Of a DNA stretch of 16,624 nt, positions 1-8,286 are shown in pieces. The stretch covers positions 1 through 16,624 of the forward strand of contig JAVCBU010000017.1 of assembly GCA_037917685.1 (NCBI GenBank). The letters are read 5' to 3'. Made by a program: the position numbers and the translations under genes. The DNA comes from Thermoproteota archaeon (GTDB lineage Archaea > Korarchaeota > Korarchaeia > Korarchaeales > JAOZGB01). Each line of letters opens with the position of its first letter. Position 1 is the stretch's first letter. The notes under the pieces were generated by a model. That model had not been told where the DNA came from, searched no databases, and was given only the letters and a program-made list of their open reading frames with translations.

Positions 1-1085
1 CCCCCACCCCCGCCTCCTCCGCCTCCGTTGCCGCTCGGGTTGACCTCTGTTGTTACTTCATTCGTTTGTGAATTGACAATTTGCCCTCCTACGGGGTCTT
101 CCCATTGTGCTGAGGCCTGATTTATTATGGTTGTTGGGGTTGATAGGTCTGGGTTGACTTTAACCTGGAGTTCTATTGTCACTGTGCTTCCGGGTGGGAG
201 GGCTGTGAGATTCCACGTTGCTATGTTGTCTCCTAGTATGTAGATTCCTCCGTAGTTTGAAGCGATGTATTCAACCTGTTCCGGGAGTGGGTCGATGATT
301 GTTGTTGATGGTATCTCTACTTCCCCGGTATTTTCTATTCTTATCATGTAGGTTATTATTTCGCCGGGGTCTGCTGTGGAAGGTCCTGTTTTTGATGCCT
401 CTATTTCAGATCTTAGTTTTCTCAGTCCTACCTCCACGGTTGTCAGGCTGTCCTCGTTGACTTCAGCCTCTACTAGTTTGCTGGTAGTGTTTATGTACCA
501 GTCTGGGCATTCAACATTGACATTGTAAGTTCCCACTGGGATGTTTGTTAACATGTATGTTCCGTCGGGGCCTGTGGTTATTGTTATTGGTCCGCCTAGT
601 TGGCCGTCTACTCTAACGGTGATGTCAGGTATCCCGTTTTCATCTGGGTCCCTTGCTCCGTTGGCGTTTGTGTCGTTGAATACTGTTATCTGCAGGTCTC
701 CCCGGAGAGTGGCCACGAAGAATGACACCATTGCTATAGCTTCCAGCCCGCTTTCTACGCTGTAGTACTCTACGCCTGCCCAGTAGACGCCGTCTGGAGA
801 TCCGGTGGGCACTGTGTAGTCTAGGCTTTCTGACATTCCATCTGGAGCATAATATTCCTGTTCGAATATTCCCAGGCCGTCGGGGTCTTCTATGAAGAAT
901 CTAACATAGTCCTCTGTTGAACCTGCGGTGATGATCCATTCGAAGTGTACTTGTTCTCCTGGCTGGACGCTTTGGGGTGGGGCTGGGCTTCTAAGGAGGA
1001 GTATTGAAGCTCCTTGTCCAGGGCTCGCACTGTTAAGGTTTACTATTATGGAGGAGAGAAGTATGAGAAGTATAAGCCTCTTCAT
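1..1085 (-). CDS. Secreted cell-surface/adhesin-like protein (signal peptide, Ig-like domain, SdrD B-like domain, DUF11 domain, poly-Gly linker); 3' end lies outside the window
   Basis: Not in the ORF track. Translated by hand from ATG 1085, open to the window edge (361 codons). It starts MKRLILLILLSSIIVNLNSA (signal peptide), then VFNDTNANGARDPDENGIPDITV...TGPDGTY...GTYNV (SdrD-B/Cna-B-like with Ca-loop, about 700-420), SKTGPSTADPGEIITYMIRIENTG...IIDPLP...TWNL...LPPG...INQA (DUF11, about 407-40), and ends PSGNGGGGGGGG. Confidence 0.9.
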   Translation of the reverse strand, partial: MKRLILLILLSSIIVNLNSASPGQGASILLLRSPAPPQSVQPGEQVHFEWIITAGSTEDYVRFFIEDPDGLGIFEQEYYAPDGMSESLDYTVPTGSPDGVYWAGVEYYSVESGLEAIAMVSFFVATLRGDLQITVFNDTNANGARDPDENGIPDITVRVDGQLGGPITITTGPDGTYMLTNIPVGTYNVNVECPDWYINTTSKLVEAEVNEDSLTTVEVGLRKLRSEIEASKTGPSTADPGEIITYMIRIENTGEVEIPSTTIIDPLPEQVEYIASNYGGIYILGDNIATWNLTALPPGSTVTIELQVKVNPDLSTPTTIINQASAQWEDPVGGQIVNSQTNEVTTEVNPSGNGGGGGGGG

Positions 1086-1200
1086 ATGGCTCGAATATTC
1101 CCCGTCATTCCTAATCTAAAACTCTGGGGTTGAGGATTTTCTAATTTCCTATTATTTGTTGTTACTTTTACCCTTGTAAATATCCATAAGCGATGGTACC

Positions 1201-1500
1201 CTATTCCACCCAGAGGGGTTCGGCTTTGCCTTCGCTTAGATTCCAGACTTCTCTCTCCTTTTCTTCCTTCTTTTTCGGTGTGATCATGAGATATCTGCCA
1301 TCCTTTAGCGGGATTAGGAAGTACTCTTCTACCTCTCCATCGTCCCTTTTAAGGGTTAATTTAAGCTTTTTATCCGCTGGCTGCAAGGTGTCAGGGTCAA
1401 GGTACTTGCATATGACAAATTCCCCCCTTGAGACAAGCGCTCTAAGCTCTATCTTACCCGATTTCCCCCTTGTGAGAACGGACTCCGGATACTTGGTCAT
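1201..1500 (-). CDS. Hypothetical 99-aa protein, charged and predicted beta-rich, cytoplasmic
   Basis: ATG start, Lys/Glu-rich composition typical of real thermophile proteins, fills the gap between two genes, AT-rich promoter-like region upstream. No family recognised. Confidence 0.75.
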   Translation of the reverse strand: MTKYPESVLTRGKSGKIELRALVSRGEFVICKYLDPDTLQPADKKLKLTLKRDDGEVEEYFLIPLKDGRYLMITPKKKEEKEREVWNLSEGKAEPLWVE

Positions 1501-1527
1501 ATTCGTATCATATTAATTCTGCCATGT

Positions 1528-1546
1528 TAGATTTATTATCTTAAAG
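1528..1546. promoter_or_regulatory. Divergent TATA region for the 1500 (-) and 1565 (+) genes
   Basis: TTTATTAT at 1532-1539 ends 25 nt before ATG 1565 (leaderless spacing). The minus strand reads TTTAAGATAATAAAT 30-45 nt upstream of ATG 1500. Confidence 0.45.
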
Positions 1547-1564
1547 TGAACTGGCATCTGTGAT

Positions 1565-3916
1565 ATGAGAGCCAAGATAAATTGCATCATGATGTTATTT
1601 CTTGTAATGGCTTTAGCACAGGCTTCAATAGGCGTTGGAGGACAGGTTTTCCAGTTAAGTCCCATCCTGGATGGTTACATTTCTGAGTCCCTCCCTGGAA
1701 ACTCCTATTTCTCAGGGGAGTACCTGTGGGTAGGGGGTTTTGAGGGGTCAAGGTACAGAAGCCTGTTATTGTTTGATGTTTCATCCATTCCAGTCGGCTC
1801 CGTAATAATAGAGGCGAGGCTTAAACTCAGCTTTAAAACCGGGAACTCAAGCGTGGTGAGAATACACAGGGTAACTTCTAGCTTCACCGGTAAGGCAACA
1901 TGGGTTGAGAGAAGCCCTGGCTATACGTGGGCAAGTATGGGGGGAGACTATGACCCTGAACCAGCGGATACCATATTCATACCTGATGGAACGCCTGAGG
2001 GCTTCTATTTCGAGTTTGACGTAAAGGAAGTTTTAAACCAGTGGGTTTCGGGTTTAGAACCTAACTATGGCTTTCTCATAGAGGCCGATGGGGAAAACCC
2101 TGTGGTTTTCTACTCATCCAGGGCTTTGGAGGAAGCCTTCAGGCCTAAGCTCCTTGTAACCTATATTTCAGGCTTCAACCTGTCGGTTCAACCTTCAACG
2201 CCGAACTTAACAGTTGAACAGGGGAGCGAAGCCTCTATAGAGGTTAGTGTGATATCGCAACCCATCCCTGTTGAGGTTGTGCTTGAAGTTGAAGCGCCTT
2301 CAGGCGTAAATGTAAGCTTCAACCCCGAATCAGGCTTAACACCTTTTAACTCCACAGCTAGAATTACTGTAGGCCACGTCCAGCCTGGAAACTACACCAT
2401 AACCTTGAGGGCTGTGTCAGAGTATGGCGAGTCCTCTACACAGGTCCAGCTAGCCGTTGTTAAAAGCGGGCCTCCACCCGACTTTAGCATCCGGATAATC
2501 CCTAACAATATCAGTATTGCTCCTGGTGACCTTCTAAAAGTCAATGCTACAGTAGTTTCCATAGGAGGATTCAGCGAAAATGTGGAGATCGAAGTCATGG
2601 GTGTAAAATGGAATTACACTGCTTCACCAAACAGTGGAGTTCCGCCTTTTAACTCAACCATAACCCTGTTAGTACCAGGGGACACGTCTCCAGGGGAGTA
2701 CAGGGTGAGAGTGAAGGCTATATCTGACGGTGTCGTCAAAATAGCCATCCTCATAGTGCATGTCGAGCTGGAAGCAAGCTTCAACGTAAAATGTAATGAT
2801 ACTATGATAAATATTAGCCGGGGTAGAACGTTTGAGGCGATGATTCAAGTAGAGCCTGTTAAGGGCTTCAATGAGACTGTTACAGTTGATCTTCCAAGCA
2901 TCGAGGGTTTAAAGCTTTCAATAGAGCCTGTTAGCTTCACCCCTCCTGAAAACCTCACGTTGAAGGTGAAGGCTCTAGAGCATGGCAGCTACAGTTTCCG
3001 GGTTAGATTCACTTCCAGCCTGTTGAACAGGACATTGGACTTCAATGTTTATTGTTACAAGCCTAAGATAGCTCTGATGGTTGAACTAAACGCCACAAAC
3101 CTGGTTCTCTATCAGGGGAAGGTGGGGGCAGTCAAGGTATACGTTAATGGAACCGAAGGCTCTCAGGTAAGTCTAGGCTTGGTTGAGCCTCCCCTCGCAT
3201 TGATGTTAAGGTTTACACCTGAAACCCTAACTGTCCCTGGCACGTCTATTCTCACAGTCAAAGCTGGAGAAGAAGTCGGCGACTATATTCTCAACATTTC
3301 AGTATCAGCTGGCGAATATACGATATACACTCCTCTTATAGTTACGGTAAAGGAGTCAAGGTGTTTCATAGCAACAGCTGCATACGGTTCCCCTGTCTCT
3401 AGGGAGGTTGAAAAACTCAGATACTATAGGGATCATATTTTCATGAGAAGCCGCATCGGATCAGGCTTTATCAAGGGGTTTAACCTAGTCTACTACAGCT
3501 TCAGCCCCCAGGTAGCTGACTACATCAGAAGACATCCAGCAGTGGCAGCAGCCGTTAGAGAGTGGATAAGAGGGCTACTAATAATACTTGACACCGCTGT
3601 AACGGCTACGGGAGGATCTACAGGCGAGGTAGCCGCGATAATAGCTATTACAGTAGCATCAGCATTATTTGGCATTACAAATGTACTTCCACTCCAGCTC
3701 GCCCTTGGCAGGCTTGCCAAGAGAAGGATAAACCTGAAGCTATCCTTGGCTTTGGGCTTTGCGGCACTCATAACAGGATACTGTACCCCTATAAGCCAGC
3801 TTGTTTTCATCTACGCCACTGCCGTTACCATATCCATATCTACACTTACATCAAGATGTATAAGTAGAGCTGTCAGACCACATGCGAAGGTAAACTATCC
3901 GAATTCGGTGAGATAG
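1565..3916 (+). CDS. Membrane-anchored surface glycoprotein: DNRLRE domain, four Ig-like repeats, CFI-box-CTERM domain, C-terminal transmembrane helices
   Basis: Signal peptide; DGYISE...RYRSLLLFDVSSIPVGSVIIEARLKL...NYGFLI...FYSS...RPKLLVTY (DNRLRE-type); four ~97-aa repeats with P-x-S-x3-P-x-N-S-T-like and G-x-Y motifs (about 2171-3350); RCFIATAAYGS...LRYYRD...YYSFSPQVADYI (CFI-box, from 3362); about 18 N-x-S/T sequons by eye. Confidence 0.9.
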   Translation: MRAKINCIMMLFLVMALAQASIGVGGQVFQLSPILDGYISESLPGNSYFSGEYLWVGGFEGSRYRSLLLFDVSSIPVGSVIIEARLKLSFKTGNSSVVRIHRVTSSFTGKATWVERSPGYTWASMGGDYDPEPADTIFIPDGTPEGFYFEFDVKEVLNQWVSGLEPNYGFLIEADGENPVVFYSSRALEEAFRPKLLVTYISGFNLSVQPSTPNLTVEQGSEASIEVSVISQPIPVEVVLEVEAPSGVNVSFNPESGLTPFNSTARITVGHVQPGNYTITLRAVSEYGESSTQVQLAVVKSGPPPDFSIRIIPNNISIAPGDLLKVNATVVSIGGFSENVEIEVMGVKWNYTASPNSGVPPFNSTITLLVPGDTSPGEYRVRVKAISDGVVKIAILIVHVELEASFNVKCNDTMINISRGRTFEAMIQVEPVKGFNETVTVDLPSIEGLKLSIEPVSFTPPENLTLKVKALEHGSYSFRVRFTSSLLNRTLDFNVYCYKPKIALMVELNATNLVLYQGKVGAVKVYVNGTEGSQVSLGLVEPPLALMLRFTPETLTVPGTSILTVKAGEEVGDYILNISVSAGEYTIYTPLIVTVKESRCFIATAAYGSPVSREVEKLRYYRDHIFMRSRIGSGFIKGFNLVYYSFSPQVADYIRRHPAVAAAVREWIRGLLIILDTAVTATGGSTGEVAAIIAITVASALFGITNVLPLQLALGRLAKRRINLKLSLALGFAALITGYCTPISQLVFIYATAVTISISTLTSRCISRAVRPHAKVNYPNSVR

Positions 3917-4092
3917 CAGTCTAGCTATGTCATACCCTATGGGTTAAACTTATGGAGACCCTGGGGTGGACATGTTACGGTGTAAACCTAGGCCATAAGC
4001 CTACCAGTAGAGCTAGAAAGCCAAGACGAATCCACTATTAACCATACCCGTAAAACCCTACGGTGGTATGTCTTCAGCCGTATTTCTTCTGG

Positions 4093-4114
4093 CTCTTAAA
4101 TGCTTAAGAGTTTT
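4093..4114. terminator. Possible terminator hairpin between convergent genes
   Basis: Perfect 7-bp inverted repeat CTCTTAA-ATGC-TTAAGAG (4093-4110), followed by TTTT on the + strand and lying 15 nt past the GNAT stop on the - strand. Confidence 0.35.
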
Positions 4115-4125
4115 GTTGGAGCTTA

Positions 4126-4983
4126 TCATAGTTTGGAGCTATCCTGATGGTGTTGGTACCTTAGGATGTGCACCGTGTCGTGGGTGGAGACTGTAAACCC
4201 GAGTTTTTCATATATCTTTACTGCAGGGTTGTCTTCTTCGACGTAGAGACCTAAGACTTTAAGGTTGATCCTTCTAGCTGTTCTAGCCGAAATAGCTATG
4301 AGGTGTGACGCTAGGCCGCGTCTCCTATGCTCTGGAACAGTAGCTATTGGGCCTAGACACCCAATTATACTGTCGCCAAGTCTTCTTCTCGTAAGAATCA
4401 CAGCTGAAACTATTGTTCCCTGATACCTTGCCACGTGAATCATCTTCTCGTCGAAGCCTGGATCCTCGGCCCTCCATTTTGCAATACACGCTACATTAAT
4501 TCTCCTACTGCCATATGCTTTGTTTACGGCTTCTACGAGCTGTTCCACCTCGCCCGGCTGGAGGTGGCTAAAACTGTACCCGGGTGGTGGGCTACTTTCT
4601 ATAGTTGTTGCAGGCCGTGTCATGAAAAGCCATCTTCTAGCCGTCTTGAATCCCTTAGCAATGTAGTATCTGTACATGGGTGATGAATACTTTTCTGAGC
4701 AGCAGAGCCCTTTCTCCATCACCTTTTCCAGGAGGGCGTTGAGAGACTCTGTGTCTAGGGCGTAATGGTGGAATATGAAATTCTTGCAAAACCAGGTCTC
4801 CCCTACTGTAATGAACCCTCTTACCTTCCCGTTGCTAACGGCTACAAGTACCCTTCTCGTCCGGTCGGGTATTTTAAAGGTTCTATCCTGTAGGGGTTTT
4901 AGGAATGGGCTTCTCTCGTACTGGCTGAAGATTCTTACCATGTCTTCCAGGTCTCTAGAGGAGTAAGGCCTTACCTTAATCAT
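4126..4983 (-). CDS. Tandem GNAT family N-acetyltransferase (MshD-like two-domain layout)
   Basis: C-terminal acetyl-CoA motifs LGPIATVPEHRRRGLASHLI and NPAVKIYEKLGF; degenerate N-terminal GNAT (IKVRPY...VLVAVSNGKVRGFI...YYIAKGF). I prefer ATG 4983 over TTG 5001 because it overlaps the upstream stop (ATGATTAA). Confidence 0.88.
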   Translation of the reverse strand: MIKVRPYSSRDLEDMVRIFSQYERSPFLKPLQDRTFKIPDRTRRVLVAVSNGKVRGFITVGETWFCKNFIFHHYALDTESLNALLEKVMEKGLCCSEKYSSPMYRYYIAKGFKTARRWLFMTRPATTIESSPPPGYSFSHLQPGEVEQLVEAVNKAYGSRRINVACIAKWRAEDPGFDEKMIHVARYQGTIVSAVILTRRRLGDSIIGCLGPIATVPEHRRRGLASHLIAISARTARRINLKVLGLYVEEDNPAVKIYEKLGFTVSTHDTVHILRYQHHQDSSKL

Positions 4984-5719
4984 TAGCCCTAAACCTCTCA
5001 AGTAATGCTGATAGTTCCCTTTTTAACTGGTCTACGAGCCTCTTCCTGAAGAGGGCGGCCTCCTCCATGGATGGGATGATTCTTTTGGCTTCTTTCTTAT
5101 AGAGGAGGATTGAGCCCACAGATGGGTAGACGTCGAGGCCGGGTTTGACATAGTATATCTCATCTTTTGATAGAAGGTTCTCTTTTACCCGCCTGGGATT
5201 TGTGGCTAGGATTAGTGCTGTTTCATCTATGCCCGCGTGGCCTCCGGGGGTTGAGAAAACATCCTCAGTCAGGCTTCCCGCATATATCCACCAGTTTACA
5301 ACAATGGTCTTCAACCTTTTCTCAGCCCACAGCCTCCTACACGCCGACCTTACAGCTCTAAGGTGGTCTGCACTTCCATGCCCATTCATCACTATGAAAT
5401 ATTTGAAACCATGTTTTGAAAGGGAAAGCTGAAGCTCGTATAGGAGATTCTCAAGGGTTTCAGCGCTAATCGAGGCAGAACCTGGATATGCTGATAGAGA
5501 CCCTACAACCCCTATTGGTATCGGTGGGTAAACAAGGGCTTTAAGCTCACCAGCGATTTGGAGGGACAGGTCCATAGGTATCATCCAGTCTGTTCCAAGG
5601 GGCAGGTGGGGTCCATGCGCCTCTACGACGCCTATTGGTATTATTATTGCATCATAACCATCTTTTACAGCCCTCTCTACTTCGACCCATGTCATGTCGG
5701 AAATTACGAGGCTATCCAT
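4976..5719 (-). CDS. Creatininase family amidohydrolase (creatinine amidohydrolase/ArfB/MftE family)
   Basis: MTWVEV, IPIGVVEAHGPHLPLGTD, MNGHG and GGHAGIDET; the metal-binding residues are intact. Confidence 0.93.
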   Translation of the reverse strand: MDSLVISDMTWVEVERAVKDGYDAIIIPIGVVEAHGPHLPLGTDWMIPMDLSLQIAGELKALVYPPIPIGVVGSLSAYPGSASISAETLENLLYELQLSLSKHGFKYFIVMNGHGSADHLRAVRSACRRLWAEKRLKTIVVNWWIYAGSLTEDVFSTPGGHAGIDETALILATNPRRVKENLLSKDEIYYVKPGLDVYPSVGSILLYKKEAKRIIPSMEEAALFRKRLVDQLKRELSALLERFRAND

Positions 5720-6446
5720 ACAGGGGGATACCGACAGGCATTACTAATAATGGCTTCACTGATTCTGGAAGCTGGAGTATTCCTGCAACTTCCTCGTCGT
5801 AGAACGCTCCCACGGCCACCGTGCCAAGCCCGAGGCTTGTAGCCTCGAGGTATATGTTTTCACAGACGCATCCAACCTCGATATGTACATATCTAACCCC
5901 TCTCTCCCCGTATCTCGCAGTTGTTCTCTCGTAGACTGCGCATATCACAATAGATACCGGGGCTTCTCCAACCCAATCCTGGCCTAGGCAGGCGTCCATA
6001 AGCTCAGCCCTTACGTCTCCTGCGAATATGAGTGTTAGGGTATGATTATGTGGGCTGTAATGGTAAACTCCGGGTTCGATCCCCTCAACTGCTCCGACAA
6101 CCAAGTAGAGTTCCAGCGGGTAGGTTGCTCCAGCTGACGGTGCAGCTCTCTTTCCATCCTTGCTTGTGATCCCTTGGGCAGCCCATAAAAGCTGTGATAT
6201 CTTATAGAGGGTTAGGGGCTTATCCTTGTAGCTTCTTATGGATCTTCTCTTTGAAATAGCCTCCTCGACAGTCATGCGGCCATACTTCTCAGGAGCTGGG
6301 AGCTTTATTATTAACTGCTGACTTGGAGGTGGACTTGAAGGCTCACCTACGCTGTAGTTTTCAACTTTACCCCTGAAACGGTGGTATACGATTACAGTCA
6401 GTATTGTAGCGAGTAGTATGATAAAGGCTAGGGTTATGTTTCTCAT
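5712..6446 (-). CDS. SagB/ThcOx family FMN-dependent dehydrogenase (nitroreductase fold) with N-terminal membrane anchor
   Basis: EAISKRRSIRSY, LLWAAQGIT, RAAPSAGATYPLELY, RYGERGVRYVHIEVG, GLGTVAVGAF. N-terminal hydrophobic helix followed by a Pro-rich linker. I prefer ATG 6446 because a TATA box at 6476-6469 fits a leaderless start there. Confidence 0.93.
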   Translation of the reverse strand: MRNITLAFIILLATILTVIVYHRFRGKVENYSVGEPSSPPPSQQLIIKLPAPEKYGRMTVEEAISKRRSIRSYKDKPLTLYKISQLLWAAQGITSKDGKRAAPSAGATYPLELYLVVGAVEGIEPGVYHYSPHNHTLTLIFAGDVRAELMDACLGQDWVGEAPVSIVICAVYERTTARYGERGVRYVHIEVGCVCENIYLEATSLGLGTVAVGAFYDEEVAGILQLPESVKPLLVMPVGIPLYG

Positions 6447-6465
6447 CACTTTTATAATTTGATCC

Positions 6466-6500
6466 AAGCTTTAAAACCGTGAACTATAATTATTTATGAT
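6466..6500. promoter_or_regulatory. Divergent TATA boxes for the SagB operon and the NfeD-like gene
   Basis: TTTTAAAG on - (6476-6469) about 23 nt before ATG 6446; TTATTTAT on + (6490-6497) about 24 nt before GTG 6522. Confidence 0.5.
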
Positions 6501-6521
6501 CCCAGAGATGAACTTTAAAAT

Positions 6522-6902
6522 GTGAAGATTCCCTACAGCGTTAAGGTTCTCGTAATGTGCTGGGACAACTTCCTCGTAGCCCTGATACTGTTAATTGTGT
6601 TAAAACTGTTTCTCCCAGAATACATGTTATACGGGTTTGTATTTGCAGCCCTTTTCCTCGCTGGCTCCTACATGTTTAAATATAAAGTTTACAAGCCGGT
6701 AATGAAGCGTGAAAGACTGCCCACAGACAATATTATAGGATCAAGGGGGTACGCGGTGACAAGCATATCCCCAGTCGGCGTAGTAAGGGTTAAAGGTGAG
6801 GAATGGACTGCTGTTGCAAGAGAGAAAATCGATGCCGGCACAATAGTTACTGTCGAGGACATAGAGGGTTTAAAGCTTAAGGTTAGAAAAGCTGACAGCT
6901 AG
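6522..6902 (+). CDS. NfeD family protein (short form: two TM helices plus C-terminal OB fold)
   Basis: IIGSRGYAVTSISPVGVVRVKGEEWTA...IDAGTIVTVEDIEGLKLKV is the NfeD C-terminal signature. Confidence 0.9.
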   Translation: MKIPYSVKVLVMCWDNFLVALILLIVLKLFLPEYMLYGFVFAALFLAGSYMFKYKVYKPVMKRERLPTDNIIGSRGYAVTSISPVGVVRVKGEEWTAVAREKIDAGTIVTVEDIEGLKLKVRKADS

Positions 6903-6915
6903 GCTTATCTTGACC

Positions 6916-8217
6916 TCACTTCCTCGCCCAGTTTGGCTCTAGCTTTTTGATACCTCCCATATAGGGTCTTAGAACCTCTGGTATAATGACTGAGCCGTCC
7001 TCCTGCTGGTATTGTTCTATGATTGCTATCATGGTCCTGCTAGTTGCCAGGGCTGTGCTATTAAGGGTGTGAACATATCCTTTGGGGGGCTGCCCCTCCT
7101 TGACCCTGTACTTAATGTTTAGTCTTCTAGCCTGGTAGTCCGTACAGTTGGAGTTTGATCCTATTTCCCTATATTTCCCGTCGGCCATCCATGCCTCTAT
7201 ATCATATTTCTTAGCTGCCACAGTGCCAATATCTCCTGTGCACACGTTCACAACCCGGTAGTGTATGCCAAGCTTTTGATACATTTCCTCACAGTTTTGC
7301 TGGAGCTTTTCATGCCACTTCCAGGACTCCTCTGGCAGGCAGAAGACGAACTGTTCAACCTTGTTAAACTGGTGCATCCTAAACAGCCCTTTTGTATACT
7401 TGCCATGGGTTCCAACCTCCTTCCTGAAGTTTGGGCTAACACCTACCAGGAGGATTGGTAGGTCTTCTTTTAGTATGGTTTCACCCATGTACATTGCAGC
7501 CATTGGGTGTTCGCTTGTTGCTATGAGGTAGAGGTCTTCACCTTCAACCTTATATAGGACGTCTTCAAAGTCTTGTAGGTCGGTGACACCCTCATAGGGT
7601 TCTCTATGCATCATGAAGGGGGGCTCTACAAGGGTGAATCCCTTCTTAACCATGAAGTCTATGGCGAACCTTATCAAAGCTAGATCCAGGAGGACTAGGG
7701 GCCCCTTAAGGTAGTAAAAACCTCGTCCTGCGACCTTAGCTGCTCTTTCGGTGTCGAGAAGGCCTAGCTTTGTGAGAATTTCAAGGTGGCCCATAGGTTT
7801 AAAGTTGAATCTTGGAGGCTGACCCCAAACCCTTATTACTACATTATCGTTTTCGTCTTTCCCATATGGGACGGATTCGTGGAGGAGGTTAGGTATCCTT
7901 AGGAGTAGGCTTCTTACCTCTCCTTTGAGTCTTTTCTCCTCCTCGGCAAGGTTTTCAAGCATGCTCTGAAGCTTCCTTCCCTTTTCAATAAGTTTCATGG
8001 CGAGGTCTTCTCTTCCCTCCCGTTTCGCCTTTGCAACTTCGCCTGCAATCTTGTTCCTCTCAGCTCTAACCCGGTTAAGCCTAGTAACAGTTTCTCTCCA
8101 TTTAGCATCTACCTCGATAAGCCTGTCTAGGAGTCTAAGTTTTTCAGGGTCACCTCGTCTTCTAAGGTTCTCTCGGACTAGTTCCGAGTTGCTTCTGATA
8201 AGCTTAATATCCAACAT
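6916..8217 (-). CDS. serS: Serine--tRNA ligase (standard type)
   Basis: MLDIKLIR start, coiled-coil arm, IPNLLHESVP, LYLIATSEHP, FRKEVG...GLFRMHQFNKVEQF, KKYDIEAW, SNCTDYQARRL, HTLNSTALATSR. Confidence 0.98.
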   Translation of the reverse strand: MLDIKLIRSNSELVRENLRRRGDPEKLRLLDRLIEVDAKWRETVTRLNRVRAERNKIAGEVAKAKREGREDLAMKLIEKGRKLQSMLENLAEEEKRLKGEVRSLLLRIPNLLHESVPYGKDENDNVVIRVWGQPPRFNFKPMGHLEILTKLGLLDTERAAKVAGRGFYYLKGPLVLLDLALIRFAIDFMVKKGFTLVEPPFMMHREPYEGVTDLQDFEDVLYKVEGEDLYLIATSEHPMAAMYMGETILKEDLPILLVGVSPNFRKEVGTHGKYTKGLFRMHQFNKVEQFVFCLPEESWKWHEKLQQNCEEMYQKLGIHYRVVNVCTGDIGTVAAKKYDIEAWMADGKYREIGSNSNCTDYQARRLNIKYRVKEGQPPKGYVHTLNSTALATSRTMIAIIEQYQQEDGSVIIPEVLRPYMGGIKKLEPNWARK

Positions 8218-8239
8218 TTACGTCTACTAGCCATTTGTA

Positions 8240-8270
8240 TTCTCTTTAAATTTTTAAGGGTTTTTTATCA
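8240..8270. promoter_or_regulatory. Divergent TATA region for serS and the ATPase
   Basis: TTTAAA (8245-8250) lies about 28 nt from serS ATG 8217; TTTTTAAG and TTTTTTAT (8251-8268) precede the ATPase start. Confidence 0.5.
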
Positions 8271-8286
8271 TACGTAGTTGAGTTTT

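Noticed and set aside
1-33. G-rich (- strand) run as a G-quadruplex or low-complexity repeat
   Set aside because: Explained by the poly-Gly linker codons of the adhesin.
541-1119. + strand ORFs 541..765 and 928..1119
   Set aside because: Antisense shadows of the adhesin gene at 1-1085 (-).
3952-4041. 29-aa ORF METLGWTCYGVNLGHKPTSRARKPRRIHY as a RiPP precursor
   Set aside because: It is on the opposite strand to the operon, has no clear RBS, and lacks a leader/core layout or Cys/Ser/Thr-rich core.
6398-6449. C/D box sRNA (GTGATGA...CTGA on the - strand)
   Set aside because: It lies within the SagB 5' coding region and has no convincing internal D'/C' boxes.
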